Shown: positions 30,780 to 42,493, counted from the first letter of the stretch. The stretch: DNA of 64,000 bases from an uncultured Nitrososphaerales archaeon (GCA_963695855.1 CAVOHZ010000008.1:32001-96000), one strand, 5' to 3'. Notes: generated from the sequence alone by a model not told the origin. Made by a program: numbers and translations.

Positions 30780-31706
30780 TTGAATGTGCAAGTAAAAGAA
30801 ATCGAAATAATAGATGTAAATTATATTTATGAATTTATTAGCGAAAGAGAATGCAAAACAATAACTAAAATTATTATGAATGTACCTCCAAATATAGACA
30901 GATATAATCATAGTATTAACAATATGGTATATGGTCTGAAAGTTACTGACCATAAAGGTGTTGAATTGACCATAGTTGATAATGAAAAAACTAAAAGAAA
31001 ATTCCAATCTAATGATAAAAATGAAAACATTAAATTACAACGAAAAGATAGTGTACGTGAAAAAAACCAACCCAAATCAATAACAATTTTATTATTTCCT
31101 TCTGACCAACATTCTGAATATGGTTATGAAAATTATGAAATAAACATCTCGTATACTCTTTACAATAATTCTCAATTTAAGGGATTCTTTAAAGATTCAA
31201 TAGAATACCAAGAATTCTTAATTGGAAATGGATTTAATTTAATTACTGAAATTAAAGTTCCTGAACATTATAATATTGATGTTAAAACCTTAAAGTTAAA
31301 TACGTTAGAATCAGCTAATGTTAACAATAAGACTATTCCATTTAACTTTATCTTAAAAGACCCTAAACATGTGATCATTCAATCAACACAAAATCGTAAA
31401 ACAGATTTTACCATCCTAATGTGGAAAATTATTATAAACAAAATAAGTTTAAATTGGATCCGTTTTGGTTTCTATAGTTGGTGTTTCATAATAACATTTA
31501 TTCCACTCTTAACTTTTTTTCATCCGCCATCCGTGACATCTATTGTGGGAACACTCGGAGCATTACTTGCTTCTTTACTATCAATTAGACTTAAAATTAT
31601 GTTTGAAATATCATTAATAGAAAGATGGAATAATATTTACATCTGGATGTTAGTTTCTATTTTTATAGAATCAGGTTTCCTATTATTTGTAAGATTCTCC
31701 TTATAA
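30780..31706 (+). CDS. Hypothetical membrane protein (about 3 C-terminal TMs)
   Basis: Beta-rich N-terminal part and hydrophobic C-terminus. Confidence 0.65.
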   Translation: MNVQVKEIEIIDVNYIYEFISERECKTITKIIMNVPPNIDRYNHSINNMVYGLKVTDHKGVELTIVDNEKTKRKFQSNDKNENIKLQRKDSVREKNQPKSITILLFPSDQHSEYGYENYEINISYTLYNNSQFKGFFKDSIEYQEFLIGNGFNLITEIKVPEHYNIDVKTLKLNTLESANVNNKTIPFNFILKDPKHVIIQSTQNRKTDFTILMWKIIINKISLNWIRFGFYSWCFIITFIPLLTFFHPPSVTSIVGTLGALLASLLSIRLKIMFEISLIERWNNIYIWMLVSIFIESGFLLFVRFSL

Positions 31707-31907
31707 CTACGATAAATACCATTACTTATTTTTATTGTAAAAATACCATCGCTAATATATAATGACTCGAAAGATTATAAAAAATTACATTAAATCAATT
31801 ATTTTAAAGGATGAGAATTACTGAGAAGATATTATTTAAAATATAAGCATATTTAAAAAATATCTACAGCTTTATTATGTACTCATTTTGATACTTAATT
31901 AGATAAG

Positions 31908-32270
31908 ATGGAATATCCTATATTGAACCCAGAAGACTTGATTCGACCTTTTTTAGAATATCTTACATTGATAATTGATGTAGCTGCGGGAATAGTTATT
32001 GCAATATCAGTGACACGTGGATTTATCATGTATTTAAAAATATTACGCAAATCCGCACTAGAGCAAACAAAGGAAGAGGAAGGCATTAAGCATTATGTAG
32101 GGAATGGACTAATTCTTGCACTGGACTTAATGATAGGAAGTGATATTATTAAAACAATACTAATCCCAACAGTACAAGAGCTTTTAGTACTTGCTGTAAT
32201 AGTAGCAATAAGGATAATCCTTAGTTGGTCATTATCAAAAGAAATGAGGCTCATATCTGGAAACAAATAA
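31908..32270 (+). CDS. DUF1622 membrane protein
   Basis: GLILALDLMIGSDIIKTI.IPT.QELLVLAVIVAIRIILSWSLSKE. Confidence 0.85.
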   Translation: MEYPILNPEDLIRPFLEYLTLIIDVAAGIVIAISVTRGFIMYLKILRKSALEQTKEEEGIKHYVGNGLILALDLMIGSDIIKTILIPTVQELLVLAVIVAIRIILSWSLSKEMRLISGNK

Positions 32271-32595
32271 GACAGCGAGTAATTCTTTTTAAAATACATT
32301 AAACCGATGGACCCATATTTTTCTCGGGTTCATCTATTTGAACATACTTCTAAAAACATCGTTCTACTTCCAACTTCCAACATCTATAAACTACATGTTT
32401 TTTATATATATCTACCAAAGTCTCTGCTATAAGCATTTTTTCTCATGATAAACAATGATAACTTTAGAATTAGACATTAACTAAATGGTTGGATCATTAT
32501 AAGACATCTATATGTCATTAAATTATTGTAAAATAATACCAAAATATCTTACCAAACCGAAGAAAACATAATGTACTATTTCTTTTAATATTATA

Positions 32596-33446
32596 TTGAG
32601 TAAGTTACTGTCCTTTATAACAGCTAAATTAGTATTAAAAAAATCTGGAATAAAATCATCAAAGGTGGGATGGTTTTGGCTATTTCAAATAATTTTGACA
32701 ATAATAGCTACAAGATTTATTGATAAAGCTATTGGATTCTCAATTGATGTAGCTAATAATCGTTGGGAACCTGGAACATATTTGGAAGGAGTTACTGGCC
32801 TTTTGGCTATAATTGGAGCAACTATATTTGCCATAATACTTATTCTCATGCATACAGGTAAGATAAAGGAGGATCAACCAAAAGATAAAGAAAAAGTAGA
32901 TGATGATGATATTATAGAAGTAATTAAGGAAAAAATTGATATTGATTCAAAAATAGGATTTGCAAAAGAAGAAGTGGATATTGTACTAGACTCTAGTAAA
33001 TATTTCAAACATGGTAGTGACATATTAAAAAGATGTATAAATACTAATACGATAAGTAAAACTCGAATATTAATAGGCTCGTCTGTGGTAGATTACAATG
33101 GAACTAGAGAAAACAAGCAACAAACTTCAAATATAGATACCAATGAGAATTTACTATTTCAATCATTATTACAGGTAATAAAAGACTTTAAAACAGAAAA
33201 AAATAAAACAATTGAGATAAGAATGCTAAATTTCCCTTTGTTTCAATCCATGATAATTATAGATCCATTGTCAATAGAATACGGACAGATATACTTTGAG
33301 CATATATTTTTCCCAACAAAGGAAAAAGAATACAGAAGCATTTCAGAATCTTAAAAAGGTCAAAAAACACAGATACAGAAAATATCTTTAAAATTACATA
33401 TGACATCTTTCTAAATCAATGGAATAAAGCAATTCTAATCCAATAA
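32596..33446 (+). pseudogene. 2-TM protein with a PLD-like (DUF5919-like) C-terminal domain, frameshifted near the 3' end
   Basis: IEIRML.FP...MIIIDP; the shifted frame continues KHFRILK...YDIFLNQWNKAILIQ*. Confidence 0.55.
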
Positions 33447-33469
33447 GACATTTTTATTTTTGTTTCTAA

Positions 33470-33840
33470 AAAATAAATAAATTCGTTTCAAGCATCAATT
33501 GTAGTGTTATCTTGCCAATTATCAGAAATGTGTTTTATATTATTCACCATGATATTGCTATAAAATTTGATGTATTTAGGTAAAAATAACGGTTGAATAA
33601 TTTTCCTATATTGTCTATGAGAATCTCCTTCATTTAATGATAAACCATTACCTAAAAACTGTCTTAATTCTGCTGCTCTTGTTTTAGAAAATAATTTGTA
33701 ATCTCATGTAAAAATTTGCTCTATATGATCAGGATTACTTAAAATATAAACATCATCTTGTTTTAACTTCATGTAAAATAATATCTCCATATTTTGTATT
33801 AAATCCATTAGAAAATTTCTTTATCCAATAATATAAAATA
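33470..33840 (-). pseudogene. Cytochrome P450 N-terminal fragment
   Basis: YGDIFYMKL...SNPDHIEQIF...FLGNGLSLNEGDSHRQYRKIIQPLF...IKFYSNIM, with frameshifts and stops. Confidence 0.65.
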
Positions 33841-33871
33841 ATAAAAAGCATTTGTTAATGTTAATGATAGA

Positions 33872-34924
33872 ATGAAATGGATATTGATAATAATAATGCT
33901 TCTTTCAGTATTTTCATTTTCTATCTTTACAAACGACTTAATAATGCAAAACAATATAATATATGCACAAGTTGAACCTTCACTACCATCATCACCATCA
34001 TCTGACCTTTTAACAACAGCTCAATCTATATTGAAAACACTGGATGAAAATGCAGTTAAAGCATTGGAGAAAACGAATACGATAGAACCTCCACTACCAT
34101 CATCATCATCGGAGTCTTTAACAACACCTCAATCTATACTGAAAACACTGGTTGATAATGCAGGTGAAGCATTGAAGAAAACGAATACGACAAAAACACT
34201 TTTAAATTTAAATATAGTCTTACAAGCATTAAAAGAGTCCAATGAAAATTCATCATCAATAGAAGCAACAAAATTACTTCTAAATGATGCCATTCAAGCT
34301 GTAAACAATAAAGATAACTCTAAAGCATCTGTGTATATGGAACTTGTAAGTGAACAACTTGGAGCTCAACCAACTAACAATGGTACCTATCCTACTGCCA
34401 CAAATGCAAATACCATAGATAGCAAAAATTATCTATCATATCAAAATCCTCTTTTTGAAATAAAAATCAAGTATCCTGATAATTGGTCGGTTAGAACATA
34501 TACATATAATCTTGCATTAAATAATACCATTGTAGGATTCTATTCTCCTTCAAAAACCGCATCTGAACTTGGAAACATATCTGGTGTATCTGGTCTTTTC
34601 GTTCCATATCTAGACATATTCGTATTTTCCTCAAAGAATAAAACATTGGATGAAATAATTGATGGAATAATTAACAGAATACAAAACAGTACATACTATC
34701 TAGTTAGCAAATCAGAACCCTTTATGTTAAAAGGAAATCAATCTGCTTATATGTTGGTTTATTCCATTACAACGGGAAAGGATGAATTATTCAAAAAGAT
34801 TCAAGTATATACAATTTTTAAAAGTAAAGTATATTTGATAACGTTTACTGCACAAGACTCATTGTTCTCAAATTACATGCCAGTAGTGAAAAAGATGATA
34901 GATTCATTTGAATTTGGAAAATAG
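33872..34924 (+). CDS. Secreted protein with C-terminal PsbP-like domain (paralog 2)
   Basis: Highly similar to 21851-22843; internal tandem duplication of EP.LPSS...QSILKTL...ALxKTNT. Confidence 0.85.
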   Translation: MKWILIIIMLLSVFSFSIFTNDLIMQNNIIYAQVEPSLPSSPSSDLLTTAQSILKTLDENAVKALEKTNTIEPPLPSSSSESLTTPQSILKTLVDNAGEALKKTNTTKTLLNLNIVLQALKESNENSSSIEATKLLLNDAIQAVNNKDNSKASVYMELVSEQLGAQPTNNGTYPTATNANTIDSKNYLSYQNPLFEIKIKYPDNWSVRTYTYNLALNNTIVGFYSPSKTASELGNISGVSGLFVPYLDIFVFSSKNKTLDEIIDGIINRIQNSTYYLVSKSEPFMLKGNQSAYMLVYSITTGKDELFKKIQVYTIFKSKVYLITFTAQDSLFSNYMPVVKKMIDSFEFGK

Positions 34925-35090
34925 TCACACATGACAATTATTATCTTCTCATCATAGCCGATCAGTCAATATCAATATGAATGAAATTTTGTTATATATA
35001 GATGGAATGTCCAAAAATAGAAAATATTATTATTGTAAAGCATTGGGATTTTTTGTCTCATGGATAATAACTTTAACGTGTATATACAAA

Positions 35091-35861
35091 CTATTCTGGA
35101 GGTGTTATTTCAATATCTTTGGGAAAATCTACTCCAATATTATTGAGAATCTTGCATTGTCCTGCTACCGTATCCCCCTTCGAAGGATTATAATCTAGAA
35201 TTATTCCCTTTCCAATTCCACCACAATCAAAAGAATTACTTCCTCCTCCTCCATACATAATAGTAGAACCCGATCCACCACCAATAAGAACATCATTATC
35301 CGAACCTCCTACTAGAAGGTTGTTTCCAATACCGCTGACAAGTACATCATTTCCAGGACCTCCATCTAGTAAGTTGCTTCCAGCACCTGAAATTATAATG
35401 TCATCGTCATTTCCACCGTATAGCTTATTATCTCCTGATCCTCCATAAATTATGTCGTTTCCACCTTTAGCATAGACTTCATCTATTCCTGCTAATGTAT
35501 ATATTATTTCATCACTTTTACCTCCTTCGATAAAGTCATCGCAATTGGTTCCGGTTATTAAATCCCCTTTTTGGGTAATATCAGAAGTTCCTCCTGAGAG
35601 GGCACTTAAAATACACTTTGAATCTTGAATAGATTGTATAGGTTTAGAATTCAATAACGAAAGAATGAGATCTTTAATTATACTTGGATTTGATAGGTCA
35701 AGTAAATCCGACTCTTCTACTAAATCCGATGGTTGTGCATATGAGATGATAATATTTCCAGAAAAAGGAAAGAAGAATATGATAATAATAATAATACTAG
35801 TTGTAATCATCATCATCACCATCATTATTCCAATGATTCTTACAAACTCTATACAGATCAT
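35091..35861 (-). CDS. Hemolysin-type (RTX-like) calcium-binding repeat protein
   Basis: Multiple GGxGxDxL nonapeptides; C-terminal ILDYNPSKGD. Confidence 0.85.
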   Translation of the reverse strand: MICIEFVRIIGIMMVMMMITTSIIIIIIFFFPFSGNIIISYAQPSDLVEESDLLDLSNPSIIKDLILSLLNSKPIQSIQDSKCILSALSGGTSDITQKGDLITGTNCDDFIEGGKSDEIIYTLAGIDEVYAKGGNDIIYGGSGDNKLYGGNDDDIIISGAGSNLLDGGPGNDVLVSGIGNNLLVGGSDNDVLIGGGSGSTIMYGGGGSNSFDCGGIGKGIILDYNPSKGDTVAGQCKILNNIGVDFPKDIEITPPE

Positions 35862-36002
35862 ATATTGAGATATAATCTAATCTAATCTATTATTAATAAG
35901 AAATAAGATGAAGTGGATTAGAATAAAAAGTGTGTTAAAGTTAACATAAAAATTTGTAATAATAGAGATCTAGTAGAGTAATAATATAATTTTTAATTAA
36001 AT

Positions 36003-36701
36003 CTAATTTGGCTCGATATCGATGTCAGGTATGTCATTAGAACGTGCTTGACCTTCAGTATTTACTATCTTGCATTGTCCTGCTATGGTATCTCCATTGT
36101 CAGGGTTGTAGTCAAGTACTACTGCTCTGGCTAATCCTAACAAAGATATAGGACAATCAAAATGGTTGGCACCAGAACCTCCATCCATAACACTATCTCC
36201 AGTACCACCAAACAACTTGTCATTTCCTTTTCCTCCTACAATCAACTGGTTCCCAAGGCCACCTAACATCACATCATCACCATTACCACCATCAATTAGT
36301 GCCTTTCCAGGACCACCAAGGATCAGATCGTCGTCTTTTCCTCCATACAATTGATTATCAGCACCCCCATAAATCATATCATCTCCATCTAGAGCAAATA
36401 CCTGTTCGTGAATCCCTCCATATATAATGTCATCTTTATTTGATCCAATACATGTAGCAAGATCCGAACATGTCATTACGTTTCCAAAGAAAACACCTGA
36501 ATTAAAATCAAGGTCGCCAATTTTGTCATTCAATTTTGTTAATTTGGTGACCCCTCCAGTTTCACCAAAAATTTCTGGTATATTTACAACGACTAATAAA
36601 CCTATAAAAATAAATGATAAACCTAAAATAAATACTATTGATTTCCTATTTATAAATAATATAGGATCTCTTTGACACACAACAAAGATAATTAGTTCCA
36701 C
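36003..36701 (-). CDS. Hemolysin-type (RTX-like) calcium-binding repeat protein (tandem paralog)
   Basis: GGNGDD and GGKGND repeats; VLDYNPDNGDTIAGQCK. Confidence 0.85.
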   Translation of the reverse strand: MELIIFVVCQRDPILFINRKSIVFILGLSFIFIGLLVVVNIPEIFGETGGVTKLTKLNDKIGDLDFNSGVFFGNVMTCSDLATCIGSNKDDIIYGGIHEQVFALDGDDMIYGGADNQLYGGKDDDLILGGPGKALIDGGNGDDVMLGGLGNQLIVGGKGNDKLFGGTGDSVMDGGSGANHFDCPISLLGLARAVVLDYNPDNGDTIAGQCKIVNTEGQARSNDIPDIDIEPN

Positions 36702-36980
36702 TTATTTAATATTTCACAAACTAATTCTATATATTTAATTTAAAAAAATATAAGGAAAAAATTTCCGAAATTTCTTTGGAATTTTTAAGAGATTTTACAG
36801 GTTTATCTTTTAAAATAAGATCTAATAAGAACTTCTTAAAAATTAAAAATTGGTAAAAAAATAATAAATAGGAAAGAGATAGGGAAATGAAATAAAATAA
36901 AATATCAAGAATAAATCTTGATGAAATGAAATGAAATGAAATAGGAAAAGGATCTACAATTTCATATTTGTATGTTTTTC

Positions 36981-37790
36981 TTAGTGCAGTGGAACACTAC
37001 CTAGATTAGTTACTGCCACATAGGGAACAACAAATATAGTTATAAGATGTGCAGAGGCAGGTCCACTGGTATTATTCTCTATACCAAAGAGAGAACCGAT
37101 ATCAAGCAACCCCATTGTAATAGTACGCGGATACTGCCAGTTCCCTGCAACAATACTCCCTGTTCCAAATTGAATATCTTTTAACAATTGGAATGGCCTA
37201 ATAGAACTCAACGGATCTGAACCAGTCTGACCTCCTAAGAGTCCTCCAGTTTGTCCTATTAGACTGCTCAGAGGACCGGGATTGCTAGTTCCCAGACCAC
37301 TAGTGTTGGCTTTATTACGCATTAATCCTGAATCCTTTACCAAAGATAGTATATCCTCTAGGTCGCTGACTGGAACTCTAACGGCCGTAACAGTTACTGG
37401 TGTAGTGATGTTGGCATTGGTATTCCCACCATCTACCTGTTTCAAAGTTACGGATATTTCAGTATCTCCAAAATTCACTCCGCTTACCTGTATCCCTGGA
37501 ATTTCACTTATCCCTGTTATGACAGTAAATGGTGTTGACAGTAGCTGTTTTAGTTTACCAAGATCGGTTTTTAACACACTAGTAGTGGCATTTTCTATGG
37601 CTTTCAGTCCACTTCCTGCAGCAGTACCGTTTTGCACGTTTGCGGGTGAAGATTGTGCAAACACTTCCTTGAAAAATGGAGTTGTTGATGATATAGATAG
37701 GAAGAGACCTGCCAAAGTAAAACTGCCGATAAGTAATATTAAAAATTTCTGATTCATTAGATAAATAATTTTATAAAATAACCACCACAT
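36981..37790 (-). CDS. Secreted hypothetical protein
   Basis: Signal peptide ending near VFAQ; G/S/T-rich. Confidence 0.75.
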   Translation of the reverse strand: MWWLFYKIIYLMNQKFLILLIGSFTLAGLFLSISSTTPFFKEVFAQSSPANVQNGTAAGSGLKAIENATTSVLKTDLGKLKQLLSTPFTVITGISEIPGIQVSGVNFGDTEISVTLKQVDGGNTNANITTPVTVTAVRVPVSDLEDILSLVKDSGLMRNKANTSGLGTSNPGPLSSLIGQTGGLLGGQTGSDPLSSIRPFQLLKDIQFGTGSIVAGNWQYPRTITMGLLDIGSLFGIENNTSGPASAHLITIFVVPYVAVTNLGSVPLH

Positions 37791-38055
37791 AAATTTTATT
37801 CGCCTTTTCGAGAAATATTACAGCCAAGCTTAAAGCTATAAAACAAGCATCATAGATGTGTTTAAATTAACTACCTCACTTCCTGATTGATGAAAGTTGG
37901 TGTACCAATTATGGATAAGAAAGTTAATATGTCTAAACAACTACGACTTATTTCCCGACATATTCCAAAACATTCTAGTTTATTCATAACCATAGAAAAG
38001 ACAAGAGAACAAAGACTTATGGAGATTCTTTGCTGTCGGTAACTGAACAGATTTA

Positions 38056-38508
38056 ATGACGAACATGAATTCTACTTATTGTATTATGAAAGTCTCTGAT
38101 GAAGTTCAAGGCATCATTACTTATAGTGATGTTATTTCCTTACTTCAAGAAGAAGAAAAGTTTGAAACTATTCCTATTTTTCTTATGGGGCTGCCAGATG
38201 ATCCTTTTGAAGCGGAGCTGGCAAAATCGAAATTCAAAAATATAGTTCAATATATGAAAAAGATTTATCCAGACATAGAACAAGCAAAGTGTCGTATCAA
38301 AATGAGAGATACTCCTTCTCCGAGAAAACGATATGAAGTTACGATAAACATTATGGCAACACATTCTAGTTACCACTACTCTGACATTGGCTGGGACCTT
38401 AAAAATATTTTTGATCAAATAAGTAATGCTATGAAGAAAAAAGTTGGCCAGAGAAGTAAAAGGAGACAAAGAAATACTATGAGAAATATGGAGATTCCAC
38501 AAGAGTAA
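38056..38508 (+). CDS. Truncated CBS plus HPF/RaiA-like protein (C-terminal part)
   Basis: Starts with a CBS tail (VQGIITYSD), then GLPDDPFEAELAKSKF...RYEVTINI...GWDLKNIFD, an HPF-like topology. Confidence 0.55.
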   Translation: MTNMNSTYCIMKVSDEVQGIITYSDVISLLQEEEKFETIPIFLMGLPDDPFEAELAKSKFKNIVQYMKKIYPDIEQAKCRIKMRDTPSPRKRYEVTINIMATHSSYHYSDIGWDLKNIFDQISNAMKKKVGQRSKRRQRNTMRNMEIPQE

Positions 38509-39827
38509 GGTACATGCAGGTTATCAAGTTGTACATGAAAATTATAAACTGAGGATTGATGGCAGATTGAACGCAAGTTGGTATATGATGCATCGTAAAA
38601 TTATAAAATTGTCGGTGACAATATTTAACTGACTATATGGATAGAGAAATATAGATTCTTAAGGGCTTATAACTACCCTTTGTATTGCTAGTAAACGCAT
38701 CAGAATACGGATTGTTTTTAGTATACCAATTCATTTTATTGGACCTTTTTGAAAATCTTGGTAGAAGCAGAAGATATAGTCTTCTGACTCATTAGTTAAA
38801 AAGACACATTTCAAGATGAATTATATTATACAAAGGACTATTGATAGCAAATTTGATCATTCTGATCAATTTCATGTCGTAATCCCTGAATCTCTCTTTT
38901 GTTAAATTGTTATGCGTATCTCCGTGGTTTCATTTTTCACTTTTCTTTACGCACTACATTTCTTAATGAACTTGGAAGAATACCTGTTTTTTCATCGACT
39001 GTTTGCATGAATACCTTAACGAAACAAGTTCCCTGACAATTCCCATGCCTGTTGCAAATCCAGTGATAACAGTTGTTATAAAAAATTTTTCGAAAGTGTT
39101 AGCATTAGCTGGAGAAAAGAAACTTTTATCTCTTCTTATCCTTCTTACATGATTAACTTTTTCGTTTTTTTGTCACAGTTTATTTTTGGTTTTTCAAGCT
39201 TTTAAAGATCCTATGGATCTGTTTTTATATTTTATCCAATTCATTTTTTTAAAAATCTGTGAACACATAAAAATATAAATATTAAATAGTTTCTCCTCAA
39301 TCAGTATATTTTATACAAAATAAATTGAAAAAAATAGATTAAATTTCAAGGAGATTTTTGAAATAATGAAAGATGTTGCAAATAGAAATCTCAATATGGA
39401 ATTGCAGCTTTCTTAACCGCCCTTGATCATCAGGGAATTAGGTATTGATGAAACAACTAGTCTTATTTAGAAATAAGAGCGACAACTCTTAATGAAGGGA
39501 AAGACTTCTTTATTTCTATGGCTCAAAATGACTCCACTCTATAAATATGGATGATAGTAGAAAAGAAATTTTAGATCATTTCAGAAATATTTTGGTGAAC
39601 TTGGGAAAGAAAGTTGAAAATTTGAGAATTACACTATCTAATTGATCTGTCTATATACAACGAGATTATTGTTTTAAAAATATGAAAATATATTAATTGG
39701 AGTTTTCTTTAAATGATAATACCTAGAAGATAAACAAGTTGGATGTGTCAAAGAAATTGAAATAAAAGCTTTCTCTACACGTATTTATAATGTAATTGAA
39801 TCTCTTATTTTAGTGACTATTATATAA

Positions 39828-40940
39828 TCATTTAAGGTCTGATTGAATCATTACGAGTTTATCAGTTGCCGATTCTGCACCCCATACTTCTCCTGACCGT
39901 CCGAGAATCTGACGTACTTCGGCATCTTCGCTAGGCAAGGAATATATCTTAAAACTTTGTTGAATCGGATCAAATCTAACTAAGGCATTAGCTCCGAAAT
40001 CGCTTAACCATACAAAATCATTCGTATCTACATATATAGCATAAGGTTGCGGATTCACTCCTGGAAGTCTCCACTCCGTCCATTTGTCTATAGTAGAATT
40101 ATAGACGGCCAGTTGTCCTGCATTCCACTCACTAACCCATAAATTTCCATGAGAGTCGGACCAAATACGTCTAGCCCCTTGGTCAGGTGTAGGTGGTTCT
40201 AACACAGTACCAGCTCCCGTTTCTAAATCAATATTTACTATATGGCTTCCAGCCAATGAGGCATAGTAGATGCTACCATTTGGTGTGGTGGTAATCCCAT
40301 AAGGTCCTCTTCCTTCAGGTGCATTGAAGATTTCAACATGCCCAATTGATGGATCTAGGCGACCATAAATGCCACTCTGTCCAGTAAACCATAGAACACC
40401 ATCATTGTCGAATGTAGCAGTATTCAGATTAGCATAACTACTATTTGCAGGTAACGGAAAGAGTCTGATCTCTTCAGTTTCGGGATCAACACGTACAATT
40501 GCATTCAGACCACCATCTGTTATCCAAGGTGCACCATCCGGGCCTACAATGACACCGTGAGGTGCTGAGCCGTAACCGAGTTTAATGTGATGGGTCTTAC
40601 CAGTAACTGGATCTAATTGACCCAATTCACCAGATCCTTGTGCAGTATACCATACATTTCCATCAGGGGCAGGAGCAACATCATGTGGACGTGAGCCTGC
40701 TGGAATGGGAAATTCTTTTATAATGTGGTTGACTGATGGTTCAGCATCAATCAATTTAACCATTGTCATAGAAATAAATTTAGACAATAAAATTTCAGTA
40801 TGAAGAGAAAGATCTATTGTAGGTACTGTTGATTCTGGGAGTACTGGCTGAACTGCTGTCTCGATTATATAACCAGAACAAGACCAGATTACCAATAGTC
40901 CTATTAAATATTTTGTAGTTATACTCCATGAATCTAACAA
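39828..40940 (-). CDS. Vgb (virginiamycin B lyase)-family beta-propeller protein
   Basis: PHDVAPAPDGNVWYT, PHGVIVGPDGAPWITD, GPYGIT, GARRIWSDS repeats. Confidence 0.88.
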   Translation of the reverse strand: MLDSWSITTKYLIGLLVIWSCSGYIIETAVQPVLPESTVPTIDLSLHTEILLSKFISMTMVKLIDAEPSVNHIIKEFPIPAGSRPHDVAPAPDGNVWYTAQGSGELGQLDPVTGKTHHIKLGYGSAPHGVIVGPDGAPWITDGGLNAIVRVDPETEEIRLFPLPANSSYANLNTATFDNDGVLWFTGQSGIYGRLDPSIGHVEIFNAPEGRGPYGITTTPNGSIYYASLAGSHIVNIDLETGAGTVLEPPTPDQGARRIWSDSHGNLWVSEWNAGQLAVYNSTIDKWTEWRLPGVNPQPYAIYVDTNDFVWLSDFGANALVRFDPIQQSFKIYSLPSEDAEVRQILGRSGEVWGAESATDKLVMIQSDLK

Positions 40941-41810
40941 TTCCTATTGTATAATTTATAATAAATATATTAAAACCATTTCTTATGTTTTGGAGTGAAT
41001 AACCTAAATTTCCGAGATAGAAGATATTGAGTTCAGTAGATTTGAACCTTAAATTTGATCTATAGATAAAATATTATTTTAAACCCCACGACGGTAGGTT
41101 GAAGATCAAAAATTATATTAATTTTATAAACTAAATACGTGTATTCACAAGTTTATATAATTTCCAAAAATATAAGGTGTGCTGTATTTGACTTTTTTAA
41201 ATGTTCGAGTTGAAGAGAGAAGGGCAAGATTTTCAAACGTAAAAAATAATAGCAACGCTCCAAGAAAAAAACTTAAAATAAAATAGGACTTAAACCCCAA
41301 AATGGGACTAAAAGAAAAATCGGAAATTTAAACTACTTGACTATGACGATTAAATCGATTATGCAACAATAAACCATCCTGAACCTATGATCTTACGAAT
41401 TTTTTGTAGATTCGCTAAAATATTACAGATTATCCGGGAAGGGATTATAATTCAAGTGATTTTAATACTAAGACGAAATACAATTTATAATAGAAAATCT
41501 GAATATTCAAGAAATTGCTAATATAAAGAATAGTTTTTGTTTATTGTTATGTTATATTACATATGGACAAAATATTTACTGATGAATAGCTGTAATAAAG
41601 TACGAAATATATACTATTTTCACTCCTGTTTTTTTAGTAATGATAATACCAATTTTAGTACCTAAGAATGGTATTAAGAATAATTAATTATTGTTAGAAT
41701 CATAAAATATAAGACGACTATTTATGTATACACAATCTAGAAAGTACTTTTCACCTCGTTAATAACGCTATTTAATTTATATTTGTTAGTAATTCGAACC
41801 GAGGAATCAA

Positions 41811-41917
41811 TGGAGGAGGTGGGATTTGAACCCACGAACCCCTAAAGGACGGGATCACCCATTATTCAGGATTTGATCTTGAGTCCTGCGCGTTTGACCA
41901 GGCTTCGCGACTCCTCC
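41811..41917 (-). tRNA. tRNA-Leu(CAA) with a 22-nt intron at 37/38 (41856-41877)
   Basis: GGAGGAG acceptor stem, D-arm, CT-CAA-G, intron, long variable arm, GGTTCAAATCC T-arm. Confidence 0.92.
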
Positions 41918-42493
41918 AACTCAAAACTAGAGTTTAACAATTTTGCCTGACAATAATACAATTTTAGCTTAGATATTTAGAGTTATCATCTCAAATCAAC
42001 TGACAATAGATCCGGTATTTTTAATTTGAATTTGATCCTGACTAATTTTGATACCAAAATTCTGATGATTTTTGTACTCTGTTTTGAATTTAAAATACCT
42101 ATATACAATAATTTTTTTCTTCTTGAAAAACAATGATCATCATTAAACACAAAATGAAATATAATGGAAGATTTTCATTTTATTTGCAATACCAATAGGC
42201 AACAAGAATACATATATTTTCATTAACTTTTAAATTGGTGATAATTTTTTATTAATACGTTATTTGTTTTTAAATATGAGCCTTTTTTCATTATTAAAAA
42301 ATATAAAAATTATAGCATCAAACTCATGAGTTAATTTTGATTCAACTATAATGTGTTTAATGGGTCATATAATTGCAAACATTTTCTTTAGAATAAGACT
42401 ACGCTGTGAGTATGCCGTCAAATGAAAATTATACCAACTTTTCCACTAATTGCAAAGAATTTAATAAATATCAGGTGCAAATTGATATAGCAT

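Larger units (their letters stand above)
18908..41830. mobile_element. Putative genomic island integrated at the tRNA-Leu 3' end (no integrase seen)
   Basis: Identical 22-bp direct repeat AATGGAGGAGGTGGGATTTGAA at 18908-18929 and 41809-41830 (tRNA 3' end); accessory cargo lies between. Confidence 0.7.

Noticed and set aside
36880-36945. (GAAAT)n microsatellite; also short tandem duplications at ~23010 and ~30180
   Set aside because: Simple slippage repeats in AT-rich intergenic DNA with no functional evidence.
41030-41049. Further tRNA-end scar (GTAGATTTGAACC)
   Set aside because: Too short and degenerate to separate from chance.
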